Origin: a bacterium
Lineage (GTDB): Bacteria; Zhuqueibacterota; Zhuqueibacteria; Oceanimicrobiales; Oceanimicrobiaceae
Length of the DNA: 23,597 nucleotides
Direction of reading: 5' to 3'
Assembly: GCA_046757165.1 (NCBI GenBank)
Contig: JBHHXT010000062.1
Coordinates: forward strand, 1 to 23,597
Below are positions 1 to 8,205 of the stretch, in pieces (the first letter of the stretch is position 1; each line of letters opens with the position of its first letter). The notes under the pieces are model-generated. The model saw only the letters and a list, made by a program, of their open reading frames with translations, was not told where the DNA came from and searched no databases. Made by a program: the position numbers and the translations under genes.

Positions 1-2
1 AA

Positions 3-173
3 CTCACTTTTTCCGAGAAAGAACTTTCCGAACTTATTTTTGAAAGAACCGGAAATGAGAAAGACTTTGGCCTTATTCGCAGCAAAGGCGATCAGGCTTT
101 GTTCGGGTTCACAACCGGCCAAATGAAACAGAGGCTGGGGATCAAGCCAGACCGGCCTTTGGTCACGACCTAA
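3..173 (+). pseudogene. dinD: 3' part of a DinD-like (DNA-damage-inducible protein D) gene, begins before the window and appears C-terminally truncated
   Basis: Not in the ORF track. Frame 3 reads LTFSEKELSELIFERTGNEKDFGLIRSKGDQALFGFTTGQMKQRLGIKPDRPLVTT* (TAA 171-173). This matches my recollection of the Bacteroidetes-type DinD C-terminal half (EKELS..I.E....F..IRSKGD.ALFG..T..MK.......RPLADF), but it stops 3 codons after RPL. Confidence 0.7.
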
Positions 174-186
174 CACAGAACCAACG

Positions 187-2817
187 ATGAAATCACACGA
201 CGTCAGAAAACAATTCCTGGATTTTTTCAAAAGCAAACACCACGAAATCGTTCCCAGCGCACCGGTCGTGCCGTTTGACGACCCGAGCTTGCTCTTTACC
301 AACGCCGGCATGAACCAGTTCAAAAACGTCTTCCTCGGCCAGGAGACCCGGAATTACAAACGGGCGGCGGACACCCAGAAGTGCATTCGCGTCAGCGGCA
401 AGCACAACGACCTGGAGGATGTCGGCTTCGACACCTACCACCACACTTTTTTCGAGATGTTGGGCAACTGGTCGTTCGGCGACTATTTCAAGAAGGAAGC
501 CATCGCGTGGGCGTGGGAGCTGTTGACCGAGGTTTGGGGCATCGAGAAAGACCGGCTGTACGCCACCGTATTTGGCGGCGACGCTGCCGATGGCCTCGGA
601 CCGGACGAAGAGGCCGAGCAGCTCTGGAAGGAAGTCACCGATATCGATCCGGCAAAAGTGGTGCGCTTTGGCAAGAAGGACAATTTCTGGGAGATGGGGG
701 AGACCGGCCCTTGCGGTCCCTGCTCGGAGATCCACATCGACTTGACCGCGGACAAGTCAGGTGGCAGGTTCGTCAATGCCGGCGATCCGCGGGTCATCGA
801 GATCTGGAACCTGGTATTCATTCAATTCAACCGCAGCAAAGGGGGCAAGCTTGCCAACCTACCGGACAAGCATGTTGACACCGGAATGGGATTCGAGCGC
901 GTTCTGGCGATTCTAAATGGCACCGCATCCAACTACGACACCGACTTATTTACCCCGCTTCTGAACAGAATTCATGACTTGACCGGGATAAGATACGCCG
1001 GCGACGAAAAGGGCTTTGCGCACCGCGTGATCGCGGACCACATCCGGGCGTTGACGTTTTCGATCGCAGATGGCGCCATGCCTTCCAATGAAGGCCGGGG
1101 CTATGTTTTGCGCCGCATCCTGCGACGGGCCGCACGCTTCGGCCGCAATCTGAATATGCACGAACCGTTCATTTATGAATTAGTGCCAGCGCTGGTCGAA
1201 ACCATGGGCGAGGCCTTTCCGGAAATCCGGCAAAAGCAGGCGTTTGTCTCGCAGGTCATCAAGGCAGAAGAAGAAAGCTTCAACGCCACGCTTGACCGGG
1301 GACTGGAAATATTTGAAAAGATATCCGCGCAGATCGAAAAAGAAGGGGAAAAGAGAATTCCCGGAGCCGAGGCCTTCCGTTTGTACGACACCTATGGCTT
1401 TCCGCTCGACCTCACGCAGTTGATGGCGAGGCAAAAGGGCTTCACCGTCGATGAAGCCGGCTTTGACAAGGCCATGGCGGAACAGAGGGAACGGGCCCGA
1501 AAAGCCGGCAAATGGGCCTACACAACGGATTTCGAGTACCAGCACTGGACAACTTTGAGTGAGGGGGAAGACTCGAAGTTTCTGGGATACGAGACGCTGA
1601 CGAGCGAATCCGAGATACGAAAATACCACGTCGACGGCGATCAGATTTTTCTGACGCTCGACCAGACCCCGTTCTATGGCGAAGCTGGCGGCCAGGTCGG
1701 CGACGTCGGCGAGATCGCGGGCGATGGTTTCAAAGTTCGCGTTCTCGACACCATTCGCGATGGCAGCACACTGGTCCATATCGGCGTCTTCGAGCAAGCA
1801 GGCGAGATTGTCAAATCAAAGATAGTCGCCAGGGTGGACGGCCGGCTGCGCAAGTCCACGGCTCGCAACCACACCTGTACGCATCTGCTGCACAAAGCGC
1901 TACGAGAAACACTCGGAGAGCATGTCACGCAGGCCGGGTCGCTGGTGGCGCCGGACCACCTGCGCTTCGACGTCACCCATTTTCAGAGAATTACGCCCGA
2001 TGAGCTGGCCCGAATCGAGGCGCGTGTCAACGAGAAGATCCGCGCTGATTTGCCGGTGGAAACGGTCAAAACCACCTATGTCAAGGCGCGCGAGATGGGC
2101 GCCATGGCAATTTTCGAGGAGAAGTACGGCGAAAACGTGCGCATGGTGAAGATCGGCGATTTCAGTCTGGAGCTGTGTGGCGGCACCCATCTCATCCACA
2201 CCGGGGAAGCAGGCTACTTCCGAATTGTCTCCGAATCCGGCACGGCAGCCGGAATTCGCCGCCTGGAGGCCGTAACCGGTGAAAAAGCCGACACATTGCT
2301 CAGGCACGAAAAAGAGACGACGCTGCAACTCCAGGAGCTTCTGAATTGCCGGGGCGATGAAATCATCCCGAAGGTTTCGGCTCTGCTCGAAGAACACCAC
2401 CAGTTGGAGAAAGCGGTTCGACAGCTCAGAGTGAAGAGTGCCCGGCAGGGGATTTCGCAGCTCATTGAGCAAGCCAGGCGTCTGAACGGGTTCAAAGTGG
2501 TCACCTCCAGAATACACAGCGACAATGTCGAGGAGCTGAAGCAAATTGGTGACACGTTGCGTGCCAGGCTGGGCTCTGGCGTGGGCGTCCTGGGCGCCGT
2601 GATCAATGGCAAGGCTTCCTTTGTGTGTGTGGTGACGGATGATTTGATCGCGGGCCAGAAGCTCAAAGCTGGCGATATCGTCAAACAAGTGGCTGCCATA
2701 GCAGAAGGCAGCGGTGGAGGCCGGCCGCACATGGCTTTGGCCGGCGCCAGGAATGTCAACAAGATTGATGAAGCCCTGGGAAAGGTGCCGGAGATTGTCG
2801 CGGCATTTCTTTCTTGA
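187..2817 (+). CDS. alaS: Alanine--tRNA ligase, full length with editing and C-Ala domains
   Basis: 876 aa. Motifs LLFTNAGMNQFK, QKCIR, HHTFFEMLGNWSFGDYFK, GPCGPCSEI, EIWNLVF, DTGMGFER, YDTYGFP; editing HTCTH and ELCGGTH; C-terminal GGGRP. Confidence 0.99.
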   Translation: MKSHDVRKQFLDFFKSKHHEIVPSAPVVPFDDPSLLFTNAGMNQFKNVFLGQETRNYKRAADTQKCIRVSGKHNDLEDVGFDTYHHTFFEMLGNWSFGDYFKKEAIAWAWELLTEVWGIEKDRLYATVFGGDAADGLGPDEEAEQLWKEVTDIDPAKVVRFGKKDNFWEMGETGPCGPCSEIHIDLTADKSGGRFVNAGDPRVIEIWNLVFIQFNRSKGGKLANLPDKHVDTGMGFERVLAILNGTASNYDTDLFTPLLNRIHDLTGIRYAGDEKGFAHRVIADHIRALTFSIADGAMPSNEGRGYVLRRILRRAARFGRNLNMHEPFIYELVPALVETMGEAFPEIRQKQAFVSQVIKAEEESFNATLDRGLEIFEKISAQIEKEGEKRIPGAEAFRLYDTYGFPLDLTQLMARQKGFTVDEAGFDKAMAEQRERARKAGKWAYTTDFEYQHWTTLSEGEDSKFLGYETLTSESEIRKYHVDGDQIFLTLDQTPFYGEAGGQVGDVGEIAGDGFKVRVLDTIRDGSTLVHIGVFEQAGEIVKSKIVARVDGRLRKSTARNHTCTHLLHKALRETLGEHVTQAGSLVAPDHLRFDVTHFQRITPDELARIEARVNEKIRADLPVETVKTTYVKAREMGAMAIFEEKYGENVRMVKIGDFSLELCGGTHLIHTGEAGYFRIVSESGTAAGIRRLEAVTGEKADTLLRHEKETTLQLQELLNCRGDEIIPKVSALLEEHHQLEKAVRQLRVKSARQGISQLIEQARRLNGFKVVTSRIHSDNVEELKQIGDTLRARLGSGVGVLGAVINGKASFVCVVTDDLIAGQKLKAGDIVKQVAAIAEGSGGGRPHMALAGARNVNKIDEALGKVPEIVAAFLS

Positions 2818-2830
2818 AAGGTAGAGAAGC

Positions 2831-3580
2831 TTGACGACGTTTGAGCGAATCCTTCGGGTCACAGAAACCCAGGCAGCGGGATATTTCGTTCTCATCGACC
2901 CGGACAAGTGGCAAGGGGAGCAAATCGGCGATCTCGCCGCCGAAGCGTGTGAGGCGGGCGCAGACGGGATCCTCGTTGGCGGCAGCCTCCTTCTTTCCTC
3001 ATCGTTCGATGAGCTGGTCAAAATCATCAAGAAACAGATCGATATCCCGCTCATCATCTTCCCGGGCAGCACGACGCAAGTTTCCCGCTACGCAGATGCC
3101 GTGTTTTTTCTTTCTCTAATCAGTGGCAGAAATCCGACTTATTTGATCGGTGAGCAAGTTCGTGCAGCCCCGGTCATCAAGGCGTTGGGCATTGAGGCGA
3201 TCTCAGTCGGTTACATGCTCATCGAGTCGGGCACGACGACCTCCGCAGAGTTTATGAGCAACACGCGCCCCATTCCCAGGAGCAAGCCGGACATCGCCAA
3301 AGCGACCGCGCTGGCAGCCGAGTATTTTGGCATGCAAATGGTCTACCTCGAGGCCGGCAGCGGTGCGGACCAGCCCATCCCGGATGAAATGATTCGACAG
3401 GTGCAGGACTATGTTTCGATTCCTATCATAGCGGGCGGCGGCATTCGCACGCCTGAAGAAGCACACCGGAAGGTGCAGGCCGGGGCCTCTTTTGTGGTGA
3501 CCGGGAATGTGCTGGAGAAAGAGGGAACGGGAAGTTTGATGAAGGAATTTGCGCAGGCTATTCACGGCTCGCAACTATGA
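2831..3580 (+). CDS. Geranylgeranylglyceryl-phosphate synthase (GGGPS/PcrB family), group II type
   Basis: 249 aa, TTG start after AAAGG. Motifs LIDPDK, LVGGS, IFPG, SLISGRNPxYLIGEQ, GYMLIE, YLEAGSGA, GGGIR, VTGN. Confidence 0.93.
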   Translation: MTTFERILRVTETQAAGYFVLIDPDKWQGEQIGDLAAEACEAGADGILVGGSLLLSSSFDELVKIIKKQIDIPLIIFPGSTTQVSRYADAVFFLSLISGRNPTYLIGEQVRAAPVIKALGIEAISVGYMLIESGTTTSAEFMSNTRPIPRSKPDIAKATALAAEYFGMQMVYLEAGSGADQPIPDEMIRQVQDYVSIPIIAGGGIRTPEEAHRKVQAGASFVVTGNVLEKEGTGSLMKEFAQAIHGSQL

Positions 3581-3687
3581 ACCTTTTGTGAAGCAAGTGC
3601 AAGATGGGACAAGCATCAAGTCTGCATACCTTTGTCAAGGAAATCGGGACAACAGGCATCCGAATTTGTTGAAATAGCCTCACATTT

Positions 3688-3715
3688 TTGCATATCATTC
3701 ATTTAAGTGTATATT
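3688..3715 (+). promoter_or_regulatory. Putative sigma70-type promoter of the phosphatase gene
   Basis: TTGCAT (3688-3693), 16 nt, TATATT (3710-3715) in an AT-rich spacer. The same hexamer pair occurs upstream of parA. An alternative TTGAAA-N18-TATCAT (3669-3698) overlaps it. Confidence 0.45.
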
Positions 3716-3753
3716 TAAGCAAAGCAAAACAAACACCGAGCCACGGAGGAGCC

Positions 3754-4539
3754 TTGATCGATATCCACTCACATGTCCTGCCTCAGATCGACGACGGACC
3801 GACAAGTTGGCAGGAAACAATGGCGATGCTGCACCAGGCAGAAGAAGATGGCATTACTGAAGTCGCCATCACCCATCACATTTTGAGCAATCTGGATTAC
3901 GAACGCGAGCCGGAGATCCTGACAAAATTTGAAGAGCTGAGGGCGCGTATCTCCCTGGAGAAAATCGAGATCAAGCTCCACCTGGGCGCGGAAATCTACT
4001 CCCAGGCCGATATGGAGCTGCACCACACGATTTCCACCTACAACAACAACAAGAAATATTTCCTGGTGGAATTCCCGATGCAGGGAATCCCCAGGTTTGT
4101 GGCGGAATACTTTTTCGAGATTATTACTAAGGGCATGACGCCTGTTATCGCGCACCCGGAGCGTAACATGGGTGTGGTGCGCAATCCGGAGCGGGCGTAT
4201 GAATTCGTGCAGCGGGGCGCCCTTTTGCAAGTGAACGCCGGCAGTATCACCGGCCGGCATGGTGAGCCGATAAAGGACACAGCAGCCATTCTCATGAACA
4301 GCAATCTCGTCCATTTTGTCGGTAGCGATGGCCACAATACCCGTCGACGACCGCTCACACTGCGCGATGCCATGAATCGGGTTGCTGAGGAGTGGGGAGA
4401 GGAACGGGCGCAGGCTTTGTTCCATCACAATCCGCGCAAGGTGTTGGCCGGCGAGCCCATCCAGGCACCAGAGCCGTTGCCCATCCAGCCTTTGAGGAAA
4501 GGGTTGTGGGGGCGCCTGAGAAAGGCGTTCGCCTCTTGA
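3754..4539 (+). CDS. PHP-family protein-tyrosine phosphatase, CpsB/CapC/YwqE type
   Basis: Motifs IDIHSHVLP..DDGP, ITHH, GAE, LVEFP, IAHPERN, QVNAGS, SDGH, NP. Start moved from 3688 to TTG 3754 because GGAGG lies at 3745-3749 and the family normally begins MIDIH. Confidence 0.9.
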   Translation: MIDIHSHVLPQIDDGPTSWQETMAMLHQAEEDGITEVAITHHILSNLDYEREPEILTKFEELRARISLEKIEIKLHLGAEIYSQADMELHHTISTYNNNKKYFLVEFPMQGIPRFVAEYFFEIITKGMTPVIAHPERNMGVVRNPERAYEFVQRGALLQVNAGSITGRHGEPIKDTAAILMNSNLVHFVGSDGHNTRRRPLTLRDAMNRVAEEWGEERAQALFHHNPRKVLAGEPIQAPEPLPIQPLRKGLWGRLRKAFAS

Positions 4540-4661
4540 ACAAGAAAGGGCAGGAGCTTTGCGGTCGTGCTACAAAACCGGGCATTTCGGAAACCTGTGG
4601 CCGGTTGCGAAGTATAACTCTTGAACTCAAACCAGACAGGGATCCCTGCAGAAATTAATAG

Positions 4662-6785
4662 ATGCTCACGTTTCTGAATTCAGCAATCCTTTTTGGCCTC
4701 GCCGCCGTCGCCATCCCCATTCTGATTCATCTTTTCACCAGGCAAAAGACCAAGACAATCTATTTCAGCAGCTTGAAATTCTTGCGAGAACTGCAAAAGC
4801 AAAGAATCCGGCGCCTGAAAATTCGGCAGATTCTGCTGCTCATTTTAAGGACGCTGCTCATCCTGGCACTGGTTTTCGCGTTTGCGCGTCCAACCTTGAG
4901 AACCTCGAGCTCATCGGCTCTGAGCGCTGGCGCGCAATTGACCGCCGTGGTCATTCTGGACAACACGCTCAGCATGGGACGGGTCTCCGAGGGCAGGCGT
5001 CTGCTCGATTTTGCCAAAGACCGGGCCGTTGAAATCGTCTCTTTCATGCGCCAGGGAGACGAGATTCATTTGCTCTACCCGCAAGATCCGCCCAAATTCG
5101 CCCACGAAGGGGCAAGATTCAGCAGCGAGTCTGTAATAGAGCTTATTGAGCAGACCGAGCTTTCTTATCACCGCACGGATTATGTCGCCGCCTTGTCGCT
5201 GGCCAATCATATTATGACCAGCAGCCAGAACATCAACAAAGAAATCTACCTGATTTGCGATCTGCAAAAGAACGGCCTGAATTTGCCTGAGGAAAGCAAT
5301 GGTCATACCCTTCTGGCCGACGGCATCAGGCTGTTCATCGTGCCCGTGACCAGTAAGGAAACGGGGGGAAATCTTGCGATTTCCCACCTCACAATCGGCA
5401 ATCAGATTCTGGAAAAAGGAAAGGTGGCGCAGGTCCAGGTGCGAATCAAGAACACGACGCCCAACCCTGTGCGAAATAAACTGGTGCATCTTTTCGTCAA
5501 TGGCAAAAGGTTGGGTCAAGATGTCGTGAACCTGGAGCCTCGAGCTTCAGCTAACCTGGTTTTTCGCGTGGTTCCGGACCGTACCGGGTTCCAGGAGGGT
5601 CATGTTTTGTTAGAAGATGATGATCTGCTCGAGGACAATCGCCGTTATTTTGCTTTTGACATTGTGGATGAGATACCGGTTCTGATCGTCGGCAAGGAGG
5701 TCCGTGACACGCGCTATCTCAAGCTGGCCCTGCGGCCGCAGCAGGGGGTGGGGTCATATATTCAAGTCAAAGAAGTATTGGCAAGCCAGCTAGAGCAGGA
5801 GGATTTGAGCCGCTTCAAAGTCGTCATTCTCTCCAACGTGCCGAAGTTTTCAACACAGGAAGTGCAAAAAATTCAAAGCTTTGTCAAGACCGGTGGTGGG
5901 CTGTTGCTCTTTCTGGGCGCGGACGTCGACTTGCGCAACTACAACGACCATCTGCACAGAAGACTGAACCTGCCTGCCCTGACTCAGACGCTGACTCAGA
6001 GCGGGCAGGAGAAATTCCTGACCCTGGGAAAAATCGATTTCAGCCATCCGATTTTCAAGGGTGTTTTTGAAGGTGAAAAGTATGTCGAGTCCCCGCATGT
6101 CCGTTTTGCCGTCGACATCAGCAGCGAGGCACCGCTGGACAAGATTATTGAATACAGCAATGGGGCGCCGTTTCTGTTCGAGAAGCACCTGCAGAAGGGC
6201 CATATTCTTTATGTCACCACCAGCATTTCGCGCGATTGGTCGGATTTGATTTTCCGGGGGCTGTTCGTGCCCTTGCTCAACCGCAGCGTCATCTATCTTT
6301 CCGGCGCGGCCCGGGCCGAGAATGACCAGCTCCTGGTCGGTGACGAGATCAGCTTCCACTCCGAATCCATCGCGGCCGCGGCCAACCTGATGATGGAAAA
6401 ACCAGATGTCTCGCAGGTCAAGATCAAACCGGAAGTCTCGAAGGGCAATTATTCTGTCCACTTCGGGCAGACCGGGCAGCCGGGCATCCATAAGCTTTAT
6501 GAAAATCAAAATCTTATCGCGCAATGGGCAGTAAACTATGATGCGCAAGAGCTGGAAGGTAGCGCTTTTGAGTTAGAAACCCTGGCACAAGAAATCGACG
6601 AAAGTCAGATCTTTGAGATAGAGCGCAGCAGCGATATTGCCGAAATGCTAAATGAAACCCGCTTTGGCCGCGAATTCTGGAAGATTCTGGCGGCCCTGGC
6701 GTTGGTCTTTATTTTGCTCGAGACTGCGTTGTTCAAAGAGAAATCGCTGGCGGACTCTGCAAACCCGGGAGGTTCAAACACTTAG
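4662..6785 (+). CDS. BatA-type N-terminal double-TM, vWA-domain membrane protein
   Basis: 707 aa. N-terminus FLN..LFGLAAVAIPILIHLF...F.SL.FL and LLLILR.L....L..AFARP; MIDAS-like VILDNTLSM; Ig/CARDB-like middle (DDLLEDNRRY); GATase-like segment (FVKTGGGLLLFLG); C-terminal TM (EFWKILAALALVFILLE). Confidence 0.85.
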   Translation: MLTFLNSAILFGLAAVAIPILIHLFTRQKTKTIYFSSLKFLRELQKQRIRRLKIRQILLLILRTLLILALVFAFARPTLRTSSSSALSAGAQLTAVVILDNTLSMGRVSEGRRLLDFAKDRAVEIVSFMRQGDEIHLLYPQDPPKFAHEGARFSSESVIELIEQTELSYHRTDYVAALSLANHIMTSSQNINKEIYLICDLQKNGLNLPEESNGHTLLADGIRLFIVPVTSKETGGNLAISHLTIGNQILEKGKVAQVQVRIKNTTPNPVRNKLVHLFVNGKRLGQDVVNLEPRASANLVFRVVPDRTGFQEGHVLLEDDDLLEDNRRYFAFDIVDEIPVLIVGKEVRDTRYLKLALRPQQGVGSYIQVKEVLASQLEQEDLSRFKVVILSNVPKFSTQEVQKIQSFVKTGGGLLLFLGADVDLRNYNDHLHRRLNLPALTQTLTQSGQEKFLTLGKIDFSHPIFKGVFEGEKYVESPHVRFAVDISSEAPLDKIIEYSNGAPFLFEKHLQKGHILYVTTSISRDWSDLIFRGLFVPLLNRSVIYLSGAARAENDQLLVGDEISFHSESIAAAANLMMEKPDVSQVKIKPEVSKGNYSVHFGQTGQPGIHKLYENQNLIAQWAVNYDAQELEGSAFELETLAQEIDESQIFEIERSSDIAEMLNETRFGREFWKILAALALVFILLETALFKEKSLADSANPGGSNT

Positions 6786-8087
6786 TTGTATCCGGCACCT
6801 TCAAGCGAACGAGAACGGGCGATCTTGGTCGGCGTCACGCGAAATGACGACCGCTGGGAGACCGAAGATCACCTGCAAGAATTGGCCCTGCTGACAGACA
6901 CGGCCGGCGCCGATGTCATCGACAAAGTGATTCAAGAGAAGGCGAGAATCGATCCGGCCTATTTTGTCAGTCGGGGCAAGGCTGAAATAATTTGCGATCT
7001 GGTGAAAGAGCGGCAGGCCAACTTGCTTATTTTCGACGATGATCTCAGTCCGGCGCAAGTCCGCAACCTCGAAAAGCTGACCGGCCAGAAAATACTCGAC
7101 CGCAGTGGCCTCATCCTGGACATCTTCGCCCACCGTGCCAAAACCAAAGAAGCGAAGACTCAGGTAGAGCTGGCGCAGCTCAACTACCTCCTGCCCCGTC
7201 TAACACGACAGTGGACTCACCTTTCCCGGCAGGTCGGTGGCATTGGCACCAGAGGCCCGGGTGAAACTCAGCTCGAAGTCGACCGGCGATTGGTTCGAAA
7301 ACGAATCAGCGTACTGACAAAAGCGCTGCGAAAAATCACAAATCAGCGCGAGGTGCGGCGGCAAGGCCGGCAGGAGACCTACAAAGCTGCGCTCGTCGGC
7401 TACACAAATGCGGGCAAGTCGACGCTCATGAATTCCCTGACGCAGTCCGAGGTCTTTGTCGAAGACCGATTGTTTGCCACCCTTGACCCGACCATCCGGC
7501 GGATGAAGATTCCAAACTTCAAAGAGGTTCTACTCATCGACACGGTTGGATTCATTCGCAAACTGCCACACAATCTGGTGGCTTCGTTCAAGAGCACGCT
7601 GGAAGAGGCCGCCGTGGCCGATTTGCTGCTCCATGTCGTCGATATCACGCACCCGGGATTTTTCCAGCACATCCAGGTTGTGAATGACGTGTTAAATGAT
7701 TTGAAAATCTCAAATAAACCTACTATTCTTGTTTTCAACAAGATCGACCGGTTGAAAAACAAAGCCATTGTGCAGCGCTTGAAAAACGAGTACCCGCAGG
7801 CGGTGTTTGTTTCGGCGACAAGAGGGCTGTTTCTCACTGATTTGAGCAATGAGATTTGCCGAGCAGCCAGCGAATCGGTCGTCGAGCTGGAACTGGGGAT
7901 CAATGTCGAATATTCTGAAATAATTGCAAGGATTTATGAGTTATCCGAAGTAGTGCAAACTGATTACCGTGAGAAGAGAGTTGCAATGCGAGTCAAAGCA
8001 ACCGAGGAAGATGCTTCAGCGGTCGAGCGACTTTTGGAGAGAGAAATTCCCGGGCATTATTCCTTCGAAAGATTGGACGGCATCTGA
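6786..8087 (+). CDS. hflX: Ribosome-splitting GTPase HflX
   Basis: 433 aa. LILDIFA.RA.T.EAK.QVELAQL.Y.LPRL, GPGETQLEVDRR, G1 GYTNAGKS, G2 LFATLDPT, G3 DTVG, G4 NKID. The TTG start directly abuts the upstream TAG. Confidence 0.97.
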   Translation: MYPAPSSERERAILVGVTRNDDRWETEDHLQELALLTDTAGADVIDKVIQEKARIDPAYFVSRGKAEIICDLVKERQANLLIFDDDLSPAQVRNLEKLTGQKILDRSGLILDIFAHRAKTKEAKTQVELAQLNYLLPRLTRQWTHLSRQVGGIGTRGPGETQLEVDRRLVRKRISVLTKALRKITNQREVRRQGRQETYKAALVGYTNAGKSTLMNSLTQSEVFVEDRLFATLDPTIRRMKIPNFKEVLLIDTVGFIRKLPHNLVASFKSTLEEAAVADLLLHVVDITHPGFFQHIQVVNDVLNDLKISNKPTILVFNKIDRLKNKAIVQRLKNEYPQAVFVSATRGLFLTDLSNEICRAASESVVELELGINVEYSEIIARIYELSEVVQTDYREKRVAMRVKATEEDASAVERLLEREIPGHYSFERLDGI

Positions 8088-8205
8088 TTGTCATCTGGCT
8101 GCATGGAGCTGCGTTCAACAGCACCTGTGCGGTTTTCAGTCCCTAACCCGGCCAACCCCCGAAAAAGACTCGGGATCTGCGACCGGAAATCCTACCCACT
8201 ACTTA

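Noticed and set aside
1900..3072. 390-aa minus-strand ORF, and the other long antisense ORFs (e.g. 10461-11408, 12135-13064, 13236-14255, 15973-16842)
   Set aside because: They lie opposite well-supported genes and show no recognisable motifs; these are typical shadow ORFs of GC-rich coding sequence.
3606..3660. GGGACAA..GCATC direct repeat pair
   Set aside because: Only two short imperfect copies with no other support.
4637..4648. Perfect 12-bp palindrome CAGGGATCCCTG before the vWA gene
   Set aside because: Single occurrence. It contains GATCC but lacks the adjacent 9-bp stem of the repeat family and may be chance.
7969..8205. N-terminal extension of the propeller ORF given by the ORF track
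   Set aside because: It overlaps hflX and precedes a clear signal peptide starting at 8206/8209.
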